Assembly (NCBI GenBank): GCA_035285125.1
Contig: JAYKHR010000167.1
Coordinates: 1-47,444 of the forward strand
Direction: 5' to 3'
DNA length: 47,444 nt
From: Candidatus Sericytochromatia bacterium
GTDB lineage: Bacteria > Cyanobacteriota > Sericytochromatia > S15B-MN24 > JAQBPE01
The number at the start of each line of letters is the position of its first letter. Within the stretch, counting starts at the first letter, position 1. The notes beneath the pieces were generated by a model that had not been told where the DNA came from, ran no database searches, and saw only the letters and a list, made by a program, of their open reading frames with translations. The translations under genes and the position numbers were made by a program. Positions 17,905 through 27,428 of the stretch are shown one piece after another.

Positions 17905-19308
17905 TCAGGGCTCCTCGCTCGTCCCCGCAGCCTCGCCCTCGGGCGCGGGCTCCTCCGGGCAGAGCTGGAGGCGCAACATCGTGATGCGGTGCCCCTCCAT
18001 CGCCTCCACCACCAGCCGGTGGCGCTCGAACTCGACCACGTCGTCCAGCAGGGGCTCGCGCCCGAGCTGGCCGAAGACCAGCCCGGCGATGGTGTCGTAG
18101 TCCTCGCTCGAGAGCTCCGTGCCGAAGCGTTCGTTGAAGTCGACGATACGGACCTTGCCATCGAGGCGGTACACCCCCGCCTCGAGCGGCACGATCTCGA
18201 CCTCGGGCTCGTCGAACTCGTCCTCGATCTCACCGACGAGCTCCTCGAGCACGTCCTCGAGCGAGATCAGGCCCGCCGTCCCGCCGAACTCGTCCATCAC
18301 GATGGCCATCTGCGTGCGGCTCTTCTTCATCTCGGCGAGCAGGTCGTCGACGGGCTTGCTCTCCGGCACGAACGGCACCGGCCGCAACAGGCCGCGCAGG
18401 TTGAAGTCGGCCGGGCTGCGGTCGTCCGCGAGGAACTGGAAGAGGTCCTTCGCGTTGAGCACCCCGATGATGTCGTCGATCGAGTCCCCGTAGACGGGCA
18501 TGCGCGTGTGCTGCTCGGAGACGACCAGCTTCACAACCTCGGCGAAGGTGGCCGTCACGGGCAGCACCTGCATGTCGGTGCGCGGCACCATCAGCTCGCG
18601 GACGCGCCGATCGGAGAAGGCGAAGACCTTGTGGAGCATCTCCTGCTCCTGGGCCTCGAGGATGCCGACCTCGTGCGAGGCGCTCACGATGCGCTTGAGC
18701 TCGTCTTCGGTGTAGACCAGGTGGTGGTGAGGCGCAGCCGGGATGCCGAGGCGATCCAGGAAGAACTGCCCGGAGCAGTTCAGCACGTGGATGAACGGCG
18801 TGCACACCGAGGCGACCAGCTCCAGCGGCAGGGCCGTGTAGAGCACCGTGGGTTCGGTGCGTTGCAACGCCATCGCCTTCGGGATGAACTCGCCGAGCAC
18901 GATGTGCATGTACGTGATGATCACGAAGGTCGCGGCCACGGCCACGGAGTGCAGCAGGGTGGCCCCCATCAGGCCCGCCACGCCGAGGACGTTCAACAGG
19001 TGGGTCAACAGCGTGGCGACGGTGGGCTCGGCCACCCAACCCAGGGCCAGCGAGGCCAGCGTGATGCCGATTTGGGAGGCCGACAGGAAGCGGTTGGGGT
19101 CCGCCTTGGCGCGCTGAATGATGCGGGCGAGGCGGTTGCCCTGCTCGACGAGCTGGTCGATGCGCGTCTGCCTGACGCTGACGAGCGAGAACTCGGCAGC
19201 GACAAAGAAGCCGTTGGCGGCCACGAGCAGCAGCACGACCGTCAGGTTGAAGGCGATGGTGGCGAGGTCGAGGGGGGGGACGGACAGGGCTGGGTCGGCG
19301 GGTGACAT
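17905..19308 (-). CDS. Hemolysin-family CNNM/CBS/CorC protein (Mg/Co transport-related)
   Basis: NGFFVAAEFS, GEFIPK, MVPR, DEFGGTAG and YDTIAG motifs. Confidence 0.95.
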   Translation of the reverse strand: MSPADPALSVPPLDLATIAFNLTVVLLLVAANGFFVAAEFSLVSVRQTRIDQLVEQGNRLARIIQRAKADPNRFLSASQIGITLASLALGWVAEPTVATLLTHLLNVLGVAGLMGATLLHSVAVAATFVIITYMHIVLGEFIPKAMALQRTEPTVLYTALPLELVASVCTPFIHVLNCSGQFFLDRLGIPAAPHHHLVYTEDELKRIVSASHEVGILEAQEQEMLHKVFAFSDRRVRELMVPRTDMQVLPVTATFAEVVKLVVSEQHTRMPVYGDSIDDIIGVLNAKDLFQFLADDRSPADFNLRGLLRPVPFVPESKPVDDLLAEMKKSRTQMAIVMDEFGGTAGLISLEDVLEELVGEIEDEFDEPEVEIVPLEAGVYRLDGKVRIVDFNERFGTELSSEDYDTIAGLVFGQLGREPLLDDVVEFERHRLVVEAMEGHRITMLRLQLCPEEPAPEGEAAGTSEEP

Positions 19309-19542
19309 ACAGGCGGGCGGGCTCCAGCTGGGAGCAGGACCGCGCGGGACCTCCTTGGGTGAAGACGAGACGCCTCATGGTAACACATGGAAGGCCCGCC
19401 TCCTCGCCAGCCGCGCCGCGGGCCCACGGCCTGGGCCACGCCGTGGCCTGCCGGGCCACGCCGGCCCGCGCCGTTAGGCCAAGGCCGCCCGGGGGTACGC
19501 TTGCGGGGGGCTGACCGCCCCGCGCGCCGGAGGACCTCACCC

Positions 19543-20064
19543 GTGGAACAGCTCCAGCAGTACCTGGCCCAGGTGCCCGTGCTCGCCGACTTGCTCGCCG
19601 AGGCCGTGAAGGGGGCAGGCAAGGCCCCCGTGAACTCGGACGAGCAGCGCGTCGTGCTCGAGCGGCTGCACGCCGACGTGATGAACGACTTGAAGGCGCG
19701 CCGCGCCATCTACGGCACGCGCTTCAACCAGGGGGCCGAGCGCACCTGCCCGGCCTGCCAGGCCACCTACGCCGGCGACTACATGGAGTTCAACAACGCC
19801 GCCACCGGGCGCTCCGCCGTCTGCGACACCGTGCTCGTGCACGCCTTTGCGGCCCACGGGCACCTCGTGGTGACGGAGTCGCAGTTCAACACGTCGGGCA
19901 TCCGCGTCGCCGAGATCACCCGGGGGCTGAACCTCCCCGAGCTTGCCCGCGTGCTGGCCGACAGCGCCTGCCCGCCCGAGGTCGTCGCCGAGGCGCAGGC
20001 GGCGGCAGCCAGCCAGGAGCAGCTGCTCGCCCCGACCCGCGTGACCCTCGCCCATCAGCACTGA
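19543..20064 (+). CDS. Hypothetical protein with a CxxC and His-rich putative metal site
   Basis: GGAGGA RBS, GTG start, CPAC...CDTVLVHAFAAHGH; ends 15 nt before the PilT-like gene. Confidence 0.75.
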   Translation: MEQLQQYLAQVPVLADLLAEAVKGAGKAPVNSDEQRVVLERLHADVMNDLKARRAIYGTRFNQGAERTCPACQATYAGDYMEFNNAATGRSAVCDTVLVHAFAAHGHLVVTESQFNTSGIRVAEITRGLNLPELARVLADSACPPEVVAEAQAAAASQEQLLAPTRVTLAHQH

Positions 20065-20079
20065 GAGAGGCGCAGCCCG

Positions 20080-21195
20080 ATGTCCTTCCAGGCCCAGATC
20101 GACGACTCGCCGCTTGCCGCCGTCATGCGCGCGGCCATCGCCCAGGGGGCGGCCGACATCCACATCAAGGTCAACCTTCCCCCGCTCTTCGTCGTCAACG
20201 GCGCCGTGACACCGATGGCCGGCTGTCCGGCGCTGCCGCCGGAGGGGGCCCGCCAGCTCATGTACGGCGTCCTGCCCGAGGCCAAGCAGCGCCTCTTCGA
20301 GGAGCGGCTGGAGATCGACACCTCCTTCGAGGTCACGGGCGTCGGCCGCTTCCGCGTGAACCTCTTCCACAACGACCACCAGGTCGCGGCCGTCATCCGC
20401 GTCATCCTGCCCAACATCCGCAGCGTCGAGGCCCTGGGGCTCCCGCCCGCCGTCAAGAACGTGATCTTCGAGCGGCAGGGGCTATTCCTGGTCACGGGCC
20501 CCACAGGCTCGGGCAAGACCACCACGCTGGCGGCCCTGATCGACCTCTACAACAGCACCAAGGCGGGCCACCTCGTGACGATCGAGGACCCCATCGAGGT
20601 CAAGCACATGCACAAGCGCTGCGTGGTCTCGCAGCGCGAGGTGGGCGAGGACACGCAGAGCTTCACGCTGGCCATCAAGTCCGCGCTGCGGCAGGCCCCC
20701 AACATCATCCTGATCGGCGAGCTGCGCGACCGCGAGACGATCGAGCTGGCCCTCAAGGCCGCCGAGACCGGCCACATGGTCTTCTCGACGCTGCACACCA
20801 ACGACGCCGTGCTCACGATCAACCGCGTCATCAACGCCTTCCCGCCCCACGAGCAGGAGCCCGTGCGGATCCAGCTCGCGAACGCGCTCAAGGGCGTGCT
20901 CTCGCAGCGGCTGGTGCCACGCTGCGACCGCCCCGGGCGCGTGCCCGCGGTGGACTTCCTCATCTGCACGCCCACGGCCCGCGAGGCCATCTTGAAGAAC
21001 CAGATCGACAAGCTCTACGAGGTCGAGAAGAACGGCCTGCTCGAAGGCATGCAGAGCATGAACCAGAGCCTGCTGAACTTTTACCAGGCGGGCGTGGTCG
21101 ACTTCGACACCGCCATGAGCTACTCGGAGAACCCCGCAGAGCTCGTGCAGATGCTGCGCAGCCAGGTCCGGACGGTCTTCACGGGCACGCGCTGA
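20080..21195 (+). CDS. pilT: Type IV pilus retraction ATPase, PilT/PilU family
   Basis: ADIH, RFRVN, GPTGSGKTTT, TIEDPIE, QREVG, GELRD and GHMVFSTLH motifs. Confidence 0.9.
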   Translation: MSFQAQIDDSPLAAVMRAAIAQGAADIHIKVNLPPLFVVNGAVTPMAGCPALPPEGARQLMYGVLPEAKQRLFEERLEIDTSFEVTGVGRFRVNLFHNDHQVAAVIRVILPNIRSVEALGLPPAVKNVIFERQGLFLVTGPTGSGKTTTLAALIDLYNSTKAGHLVTIEDPIEVKHMHKRCVVSQREVGEDTQSFTLAIKSALRQAPNIILIGELRDRETIELALKAAETGHMVFSTLHTNDAVLTINRVINAFPPHEQEPVRIQLANALKGVLSQRLVPRCDRPGRVPAVDFLICTPTAREAILKNQIDKLYEVEKNGLLEGMQSMNQSLLNFYQAGVVDFDTAMSYSENPAELVQMLRSQVRTVFTGTR

Positions 21196-21291
21196 CGCCG
21201 TCTGTGACCGGGCGCACGGCCGACCCTAAAGCCTGAGGGACGACGGTCCGACGTACTTCTTGGAGCCCCGAGCCCCCGAGGAGACAGGACC

Positions 21292-21432
21292 ATGATGGTT
21301 GCCCGCGCCACGTTGCTCGCCTGCCTGGCCCTGGCCTGCACGGCCTGCCAGCTGCCCCCCGGCTACGTCGCCCACCTGCAGGGCGGCGCGGGCGCCGACA
21401 TCCCCGTCAGGGCCGACCAGCCGCTGCGCTGA
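21292..21432 (+). CDS. 46-aa putative lipoprotein (below the ORF-track cutoff)
   Basis: GAGGAG/AGGA RBS; MMVARATLLACLALACTAC|QLPPGYVAHLQGGAGADIPVRADQPLR; GC3-biased codons; fills the gap between pilT and rodA. Confidence 0.6.
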   Translation: MMVARATLLACLALACTACQLPPGYVAHLQGGAGADIPVRADQPLR

Positions 21433-21449
21433 GCGTGGCCGGCGGCCCC

Positions 21450-22700
21450 TCACCCGCCCGGGGTGATGACCAGCTTGCGCCGCCGGATGCTCACGGACAG
21501 CAGCAGCCCGATGGCCGCGGCGTTGGTCAGGAGGCTGGTGCCCCCCGCGCTGATGAAGGGCAGCGGGATGCCGGTGACGGGCATGATGCCGATCGTCATG
21601 CCGATGTTCACGAAGAAGTGGAACAGGAACATGCTGACGATGCCGACGGCCATGAGGCTGCCGTAGTCGTCCTTCGCGCGGGACGCGATGGCGATGCCCC
21701 GCCAGACCACGAAGAGGTACAGCGCGACGAGCGCCACGCCGCCGACGAAGCCGAGTTCTTCCCCCACCACCGAGAAGATGAAGTCCGTGTGCTGCTCGGG
21801 GATGAAGTGCAGCTGGGTCTGGGTGCCCTCCAGGAAGCCCTTGCCGTAGGCGCCGCCAGAGCCGATGGCGACCTTGGACTGGATGATGTGGTAGCCCGAG
21901 CCGAGCGGATCGGCCTCCGGGTTCATGAACACCACGAGCCGCTGGCGCTGGTAAGGCTTCAGCAGGCCCCACAGCAACGGGATCGCGAAGGCCGCCACCA
22001 CGTTTCCCGCCACGAGCAGCCCCCGCCAGAGTGGCGCGGCCTTGAAGAAGCGCCAGGCCCACACCCCCAGCCCCGCGAGGTAAGCGGCCCAGAGGGGCCA
22101 GCCAATCAGGCTCGCCGACACGCTGAGGGCAGGCGAGAGCAGGGCGAACATCGTGGCGCCCGGCAGCCCGGACCAGAACAGCATCCCCAAGGTGATCGCG
22201 CAGAAGACCAGCGAGGTGCCGAGGTCGGGCTGCTTGAAGATCAGCGCGAACGGGATCGCGACGTGGAGCGCCACCGGCACCAGCACCCCGGCATCTCGGG
22301 CTGGCCGCATCGACAGCAGCTTGGCGAGCGTGATGATCAGGGCGAGCTTGGCGAACTCCGAGGGCTGGATGGTCATGAAGCCAAGGTTGATCCAGCGCTG
22401 GGCGCCGAGGGCGCTGTGCCCCGTCACCAGCACGGCGGCCAGCAGGCCGATGTTGCCCCAGTACACCCAGCGCGACAGGCTGAAGAGCCAGGCGTAGTCG
22501 TAAAACAACATCGCGAGCATGGCGACGACGGCCGGCACCACGTAGATGAGCTGGCGCTTGACCTCTTCAGGCCCCGCCGCCGTCCCGTGGGTGGCGCTGA
22601 AGATGGCGGCCAGGCCCGTGATCAGCAGCATCAAGACGGCGACGAGCAGGCTCCAGTCGAAGCTGCGCCATTGCCGGTTCTCGCTGAGCGCCGTCGCCAC
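21450..22700 (-). CDS. rodA: Rod shape-determining SEDS glycosyltransferase RodA
   Basis: GAQRW, QPSEFAK, QPDLGT, PEQHTDFIF and PVTGIPLPF motifs. Confidence 0.96.
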   Translation of the reverse strand: MATALSENRQWRSFDWSLLVAVLMLLITGLAAIFSATHGTAAGPEEVKRQLIYVVPAVVAMLAMLFYDYAWLFSLSRWVYWGNIGLLAAVLVTGHSALGAQRWINLGFMTIQPSEFAKLALIITLAKLLSMRPARDAGVLVPVALHVAIPFALIFKQPDLGTSLVFCAITLGMLFWSGLPGATMFALLSPALSVSASLIGWPLWAAYLAGLGVWAWRFFKAAPLWRGLLVAGNVVAAFAIPLLWGLLKPYQRQRLVVFMNPEADPLGSGYHIIQSKVAIGSGGAYGKGFLEGTQTQLHFIPEQHTDFIFSVVGEELGFVGGVALVALYLFVVWRGIAIASRAKDDYGSLMAVGIVSMFLFHFFVNIGMTIGIMPVTGIPLPFISAGGTSLLTNAAAIGLLLSVSIRRRKLVITPGG

Positions 22701-22710
22701 CGCCCCGCCC

Positions 22711-23472
22711 CTAGTCGCTGGGCTCGGTGCGCTCGCTGGGGGTCTGGGCCAGCAGGGCCTCGGCGGAGTACCAGGCGTCGCGGACGAGCTTCGGCCGCTC
22801 GTCGCCTTCGTCATCCATCTTGTGGAGCAGGGCCCCGACGTCGGGGCTCTTGAGGGTGCTGAACCGACGCACGGGCAGGGTCACGGTCTTGGCCGGCTGG
22901 GCGACCTCGATGGCCGAGGCCCCGGACCGACCGACGCCGGCCGCAGCTGGCTCGCCCGCCTCGGCCACGACGGCCTCGTCGACCTCGGCCTCCGCCTCGG
23001 CCGCAGCGGGCTCGGGCTGGACCTCGGCCGCTTCGCCGACCTCAGCATCGGGGATTTCGGCAGGCGCCTCGGGCGTGGCGGCCTCGTCAGCTGCGTCTGC
23101 CGGCGCGACGGCCGCCTCGGCAGCCTGCTCGTCGCCACCAGCCTCGCCGTCCTGCTCCCGCTGCAGGGCGTGCATCGTCTCGAAGGCCTCGCTGGCCTCG
23201 AGCTCGGTCTTCACGCGCTTGATCGGGATGTTCAGGACCAGCCCGATCGCCCCCTGCTCGCGCTCGAGCTGGACGTCGAGGGCCTCGGTGTCGATTTCGA
23301 CATACTTGGAGAGCACCGCCACCATCTCGGTGCGGATCGCCTCCATCATCGTCGCGGGGATGTCCGTCCGGTCGTGCATCAGCACGAGCTTCAGGCGGTC
23401 CGTGGCCGCAGTGCGGCTGCTCACGGCCTCGGGGCGACCCAGCAGGCGCCCGAAGAAGCTACTCAAGCCCAT
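22711..23472 (-). CDS. minE: MinE with a long acidic C-terminal extension
   Basis: N-terminal ~88 aa SS..A.DRLKLVL.HDR...SKYVEID...NIPIKRV; follows minD; 253 aa in total. Confidence 0.9.
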   Translation of the reverse strand: MGLSSFFGRLLGRPEAVSSRTAATDRLKLVLMHDRTDIPATMMEAIRTEMVAVLSKYVEIDTEALDVQLEREQGAIGLVLNIPIKRVKTELEASEAFETMHALQREQDGEAGGDEQAAEAAVAPADAADEAATPEAPAEIPDAEVGEAAEVQPEPAAAEAEAEVDEAVVAEAGEPAAAGVGRSGASAIEVAQPAKTVTLPVRRFSTLKSPDVGALLHKMDDEGDERPKLVRDAWYSAEALLAQTPSERTEPSD

Positions 23473-23485
23473 CGTGTCCTCCTGC

Positions 23486-24313
23486 CTACTTGAAGAGGCT
23501 CTTCAGCTTGTCGATGAAGCCGTTGCCCGCGTCCAGGTTCATGAACGGCACGTCCTCCCCGAGGAGGCGCCGCGAGACGTTCAGGTAGGCCTGACCGGCG
23601 CGTGAGCCGTTCTTGCTGAGCACGGCGGGCTCGCCCCGGTTGGTCGAGGTGATGATGCTCTCGTCGTCCGGCACGACGCCGAGCAGCTTCACGCTGGAGC
23701 CGAGGATGTCGAGCACGTCGTCCACGCTCATCATCTCCTTCGACTTCACCATCGCCGGCCGGACGCGGTTGACGATCAGGCGGTTGTTGGCGATGGCCGC
23801 CGTCTCCAGGAAGCCGATGACGCGGTCGGCGTCACGCACGGAGGAGACCTCGGGGTTCGTGACGATGATGGCCTCGTCAGCCCCTGCGATGGCGTTCTTG
23901 AAGCCCTGCTCGATGCCGGCGGGGCAGTCGATGAGCACGAAGTCGTACTCAAGCTTCATCTCGTCGATCATCTCCCGCATCTGGTCGGGCGTGATCGCAC
24001 TCTTGTCGCGGGTCTGTGCGGCGGGCAGGAAGGCCAGGTTCGGCGTGCGCTTGTCCTTGATGAGCGCCTGCTTCAGCTTGGCGCGGCCCTCGACCACGTC
24101 CACCGAGTTGTAGACGATGCGGTTCTCGAGGCCCAGCACAAGGTCGAGGTTGCGCAGCCCGATGTCCGCGTCCACGAGGGCCACCCGCTTGCCCATCCAG
24201 GCCAGCGCCATCCCGATGTTGGCCGTGGTCGTGGTCTTGCCCACGCCGCCCTTGCCGGACGTCACGACGATGACGCGACCGGGGGTGAGCTGCTCAGGGG
24301 TTTCCGCGGACAT
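23486..24313 (-). CDS. minD: Septum site-determining ATPase MinD
   Basis: SGKGGVGKTT, DIGLRNLD, DCPAGIE; C-terminal amphipathic helix FIDKLKSLF. Confidence 0.97.
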   Translation of the reverse strand: MSAETPEQLTPGRVIVVTSGKGGVGKTTTTANIGMALAWMGKRVALVDADIGLRNLDLVLGLENRIVYNSVDVVEGRAKLKQALIKDKRTPNLAFLPAAQTRDKSAITPDQMREMIDEMKLEYDFVLIDCPAGIEQGFKNAIAGADEAIIVTNPEVSSVRDADRVIGFLETAAIANNRLIVNRVRPAMVKSKEMMSVDDVLDILGSSVKLLGVVPDDESIITSTNRGEPAVLSKNGSRAGQAYLNVSRRLLGEDVPFMNLDAGNGFIDKLKSLFK

Positions 24314-24346
24314 GAACGTGAGCCTCCGTAGGGCGTGGACCGACGA

Positions 24347-25036
24347 CTAGATGGTGTCGCGCAGCGGCAGGATGTGGATCTCTCCGGCCTGGATGCGCGC
24401 GACTTCGGGATACTTGGAGAGCGGGGGCGCCGCGGAGTCCGGGCTGCGGGCGATGAAGCTCGCGATCCGGATCTGGGTGGGGCGCAGGTTGATCGCCACG
24501 ATCTGGGTCCCCTCGTCGCCGGCCGCGCCGGCGTGCGCGACGCCCCGCAACGTGCCGAACACGATGATGTCCCCCGTCGCGATGACCTCGGCGCCCGGGT
24601 TGACGTCACCGCAGATGACGATCGTGCCGAAGTGGCGGATGGACTGCCCGCTGCGGATGGTCTGCCGCATGAAGTGGGCGTTGTTGGGAAGCACCAGGCC
24701 TCCCTCGAGGCCCTCGAGGCGCTCGTCGGGCGAGGCGATCGCCTCGACGAGGTCCATCCCGGCAGAGATGACGGCCGACTGGGTCTCGTCGGCATCGGCG
24801 CGCGCCGCGGCCACCTCGACGGAAAACCGCTCAGCGAGGCGGGTCTTGAACGCCGCGAGGTCCTCGGCGCCGACGGCCCGGCCACCCAGGTCGAGGATCA
24901 ACCGTGCGCCTGCGAGCAGGCTCTGGGCGGCCGACAGCTTGGCGTCGACGGCCTGCTCGGCGTCCGGCCACTCGCCGCCGTCCGGCACGCACAGCACCAC
25001 GCCGCGGGGCGTGCCCTTCAGGGTGACCTCAGCCAT
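24347..25036 (-). CDS. minC: Septum site-determining protein MinC
   Basis: IRSGQ, GDVNPGAE and LRGVAHAG motifs. Confidence 0.95.
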   Translation of the reverse strand: MAEVTLKGTPRGVVLCVPDGGEWPDAEQAVDAKLSAAQSLLAGARLILDLGGRAVGAEDLAAFKTRLAERFSVEVAAARADADETQSAVISAGMDLVEAIASPDERLEGLEGGLVLPNNAHFMRQTIRSGQSIRHFGTIVICGDVNPGAEVIATGDIIVFGTLRGVAHAGAAGDEGTQIVAINLRPTQIRIASFIARSPDSAAPPLSKYPEVARIQAGEIHILPLRDTI

Positions 25037-25175
25037 GGCAGCGGGCCTTTGCATCGATGAGAGGGGAGGAAACAGGCACGAGGACCTCGGGGCGGGAGCG
25101 CCAGGGCGCAAACTTCCCTATTGTACTGCCTTCGCGCCAACCCCGCCACGTGGCGCACCTCTCGACGGGCCGTCG

Positions 25176-26933
25176 TCAGTCGATCACCGTGGCGCGGCGG
25201 ATCGTGCCTTCCTTGAGGCCGAAGTACTGGTCGAGGACCTTGCGGGCCACGGGGGCGGCCACGTCCCCGCCGTGCCCCGCCGCCTCCGCGAAGGTCACCA
25301 CCGCGATGGACGGGGCCTGCTCGGGCCCCGCGCAGACGAACCACGCGTGGGTCTTGGGCTTGCCGCTCTCAGCCGAGCCGGTCTTGCCCGCGATGCCCTT
25401 GCCGGGAACGTCGGCGACGACACCCGTGCCAGAGGCCACAACGGCCCGGATGCCCTGCTTCACCACGGCCACGTTGCCCGGCCGCCAGCGGCTCTGCTTG
25501 CGGACCTCGTGGGGCTTGCCATCCTCGACGAGGCGCGGGACGAGCACCTTGCCCCCGTTCACGATCGCGCTGATCATCACGGCCGCCTGCAGGGGCGTCA
25601 CGCTGACGGCCCCCTGCCCGATCGACATGTTTGCAGAGTCTCCGGGCCACCACTTGTCGTGCCACACGCGCTGCTTCCACTCCGGGTCAGGGACCAGGCC
25701 GGGGCTCTCGCCGCCGAGCCCGACGCCCGTGCGCTCCCCCAGCCCCGCCTCGCGGGCGTAGCGCGCCATCGTCGTCCCGCCCATCTCGACGCCGAGCTGG
25801 TAGTACACCGTGTCGATCGACCACTGCAGTGACTTCACCAGGTTGACGGTGCCGAACCCGGACGATTTCCAGTCGTGGAAGACGCGGTTGCCCACCCTGA
25901 GCGAGCCCGTGGAGTTGAACAGGCGTCCCGGCGAGCAGACGCCGGACTCCAGGGAGGCAAGCGCCATCGGGATCTTGAAGATCGAGCCCGGGGGGTAGGC
26001 CGACATCGAGCGGTTCACAAAGGGGAAGTTCATCCGCTGGAGGCGCAGCCAGTCGCGGGCGCGGACCTTCTGGCTGAAGATGTTGGGGTCGAAGGTCGGC
26101 CGGCTCGCCATCGCCAGGATCTCCCCCGTCTGCGGGTTCATCGCGACGACGGCGCCCGTGAGCTTCTTCTCGTCGAGGGCCTTCTCGGCCACGGCCTGGA
26201 GGTCCGCATCCAGCGTCAGCCGCAGGTCTTTGCCCGGCACCGCGGGGATCTCGCCCATGGTCTGCACCAGGCGCCCCCGCGAGTCCACCTCGACGCGCTG
26301 GAAGCCGTTCTGGCCGCGCAGGTGGGGGTCCTGGATGCGCTCGATGCCGGCCTTGCCGATGACGTCGCCCCGCCGCATGCCGCGTTCGGGGTGGCTCGTC
26401 AGGTCCCCCTCCGTGACCTCACCCGTGTAGCCGAGCACGTGGGCCGCGAGCGCCCCACGGGGGTAGGAGCGCACGGTGTCGGGCTCGATGGACACCCCTG
26501 GCAGGTCGGCCTGGTTCTCGGCGATGCGCGCGATAGCCCGCTGGTCGATGTCGGGGATCAGCTTGATGGGGTGGGAGGACTGGTAGCCGAAGGCCTCCAC
26601 CCGCCGCCGGAGCTCCAGCGCGTCCACGCCGAGCAGCGTGGCGACCCGGTCGATCACCTCGCCGACCTGGGCGCGCTTCATCTTGAGCGGGTAAAGCGCC
26701 ACGCTGTAGCTGAGGCGGTTGCTGGCGAGCACGTTGCCGTGCCGATCCCGGATGACGCCCCGCGGGGCGAGCTGCGGGATGATGCGGAGTCGGTTGCCCT
26801 CGGCCTGCTTCAGGAAGCGGCCACCCTCGTAGATCTGCAGCTGCGCCAGCCGCATTACCAGCACCCCGCCCATCAGGCAGGCCACCGCCATGAACCCCAG
26901 GGCCCTGAGCTGCCGCTCCTCGCGCTCATCCAC
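25176..26933 (-). CDS. mrdA: Penicillin-binding protein 2
   Basis: PRG.I.DR, PPGSIFK (SxxK), S-I-D and KTG motifs; within the mre operon. Confidence 0.95.
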   Translation of the reverse strand: MDEREERQLRALGFMAVACLMGGVLVMRLAQLQIYEGGRFLKQAEGNRLRIIPQLAPRGVIRDRHGNVLASNRLSYSVALYPLKMKRAQVGEVIDRVATLLGVDALELRRRVEAFGYQSSHPIKLIPDIDQRAIARIAENQADLPGVSIEPDTVRSYPRGALAAHVLGYTGEVTEGDLTSHPERGMRRGDVIGKAGIERIQDPHLRGQNGFQRVEVDSRGRLVQTMGEIPAVPGKDLRLTLDADLQAVAEKALDEKKLTGAVVAMNPQTGEILAMASRPTFDPNIFSQKVRARDWLRLQRMNFPFVNRSMSAYPPGSIFKIPMALASLESGVCSPGRLFNSTGSLRVGNRVFHDWKSSGFGTVNLVKSLQWSIDTVYYQLGVEMGGTTMARYAREAGLGERTGVGLGGESPGLVPDPEWKQRVWHDKWWPGDSANMSIGQGAVSVTPLQAAVMISAIVNGGKVLVPRLVEDGKPHEVRKQSRWRPGNVAVVKQGIRAVVASGTGVVADVPGKGIAGKTGSAESGKPKTHAWFVCAGPEQAPSIAVVTFAEAAGHGGDVAAPVARKVLDQYFGLKEGTIRRATVID

Positions 26934-26939
26934 GCCGCG

Positions 26940-27428
26940 TCACCCCTCGCGCAGCTCGGGGGCGGGCAGCCGGCCCACCACCACGTAAAGCAACACCAGC
27001 AAGGCGGCGTTCACGAGGCCGAGGGGCAGCGACATCGAGGCGAAGTGGTCCCAGACGGCCGTGCGGCCCTGCGCGAACAGGAACAGGGCGATCAGCAGCC
27101 CCTCGCCGAGCGACGCGAGGATGCCCACGGTGGCCAGGCTCAGCGCGTCGAGCCGGTAGATGTGGGGCTGCACGAGGCCGGCGAGCAGCCCCGCGAGCGC
27201 CTTCGTGCCACCGTACAGGAGCCCCGCGCCAACCAGCAGGTCCTGGCAGCCCCCAGCCACGAGGCCGAGCCAGACACCCTGCCGCGGCCCGAGCATGAGG
27301 CCCGCAAGGAGCACAAGCGCGAGCACGGGGTCGAGGCGCCACTCGAAGTAGGGCAGCACCGCGAGCTCGCTGGACTCCCAGACCAGCGCGAGCGGCAGGA
27401 GCAACCACAGCGCCCGCAGCAGCGTCAT
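26940..27428 (-). CDS. mreD: Rod shape-determining protein MreD
   Basis: Polytopic hydrophobic 162-aa protein with G.CQDL motif, between mreC and mrdA. Confidence 0.85.
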   Translation of the reverse strand: MTLLRALWLLLPLALVWESSELAVLPYFEWRLDPVLALVLLAGLMLGPRQGVWLGLVAGGCQDLLVGAGLLYGGTKALAGLLAGLVQPHIYRLDALSLATVGILASLGEGLLIALFLFAQGRTAVWDHFASMSLPLGLVNAALLVLLYVVVGRLPAPELREG

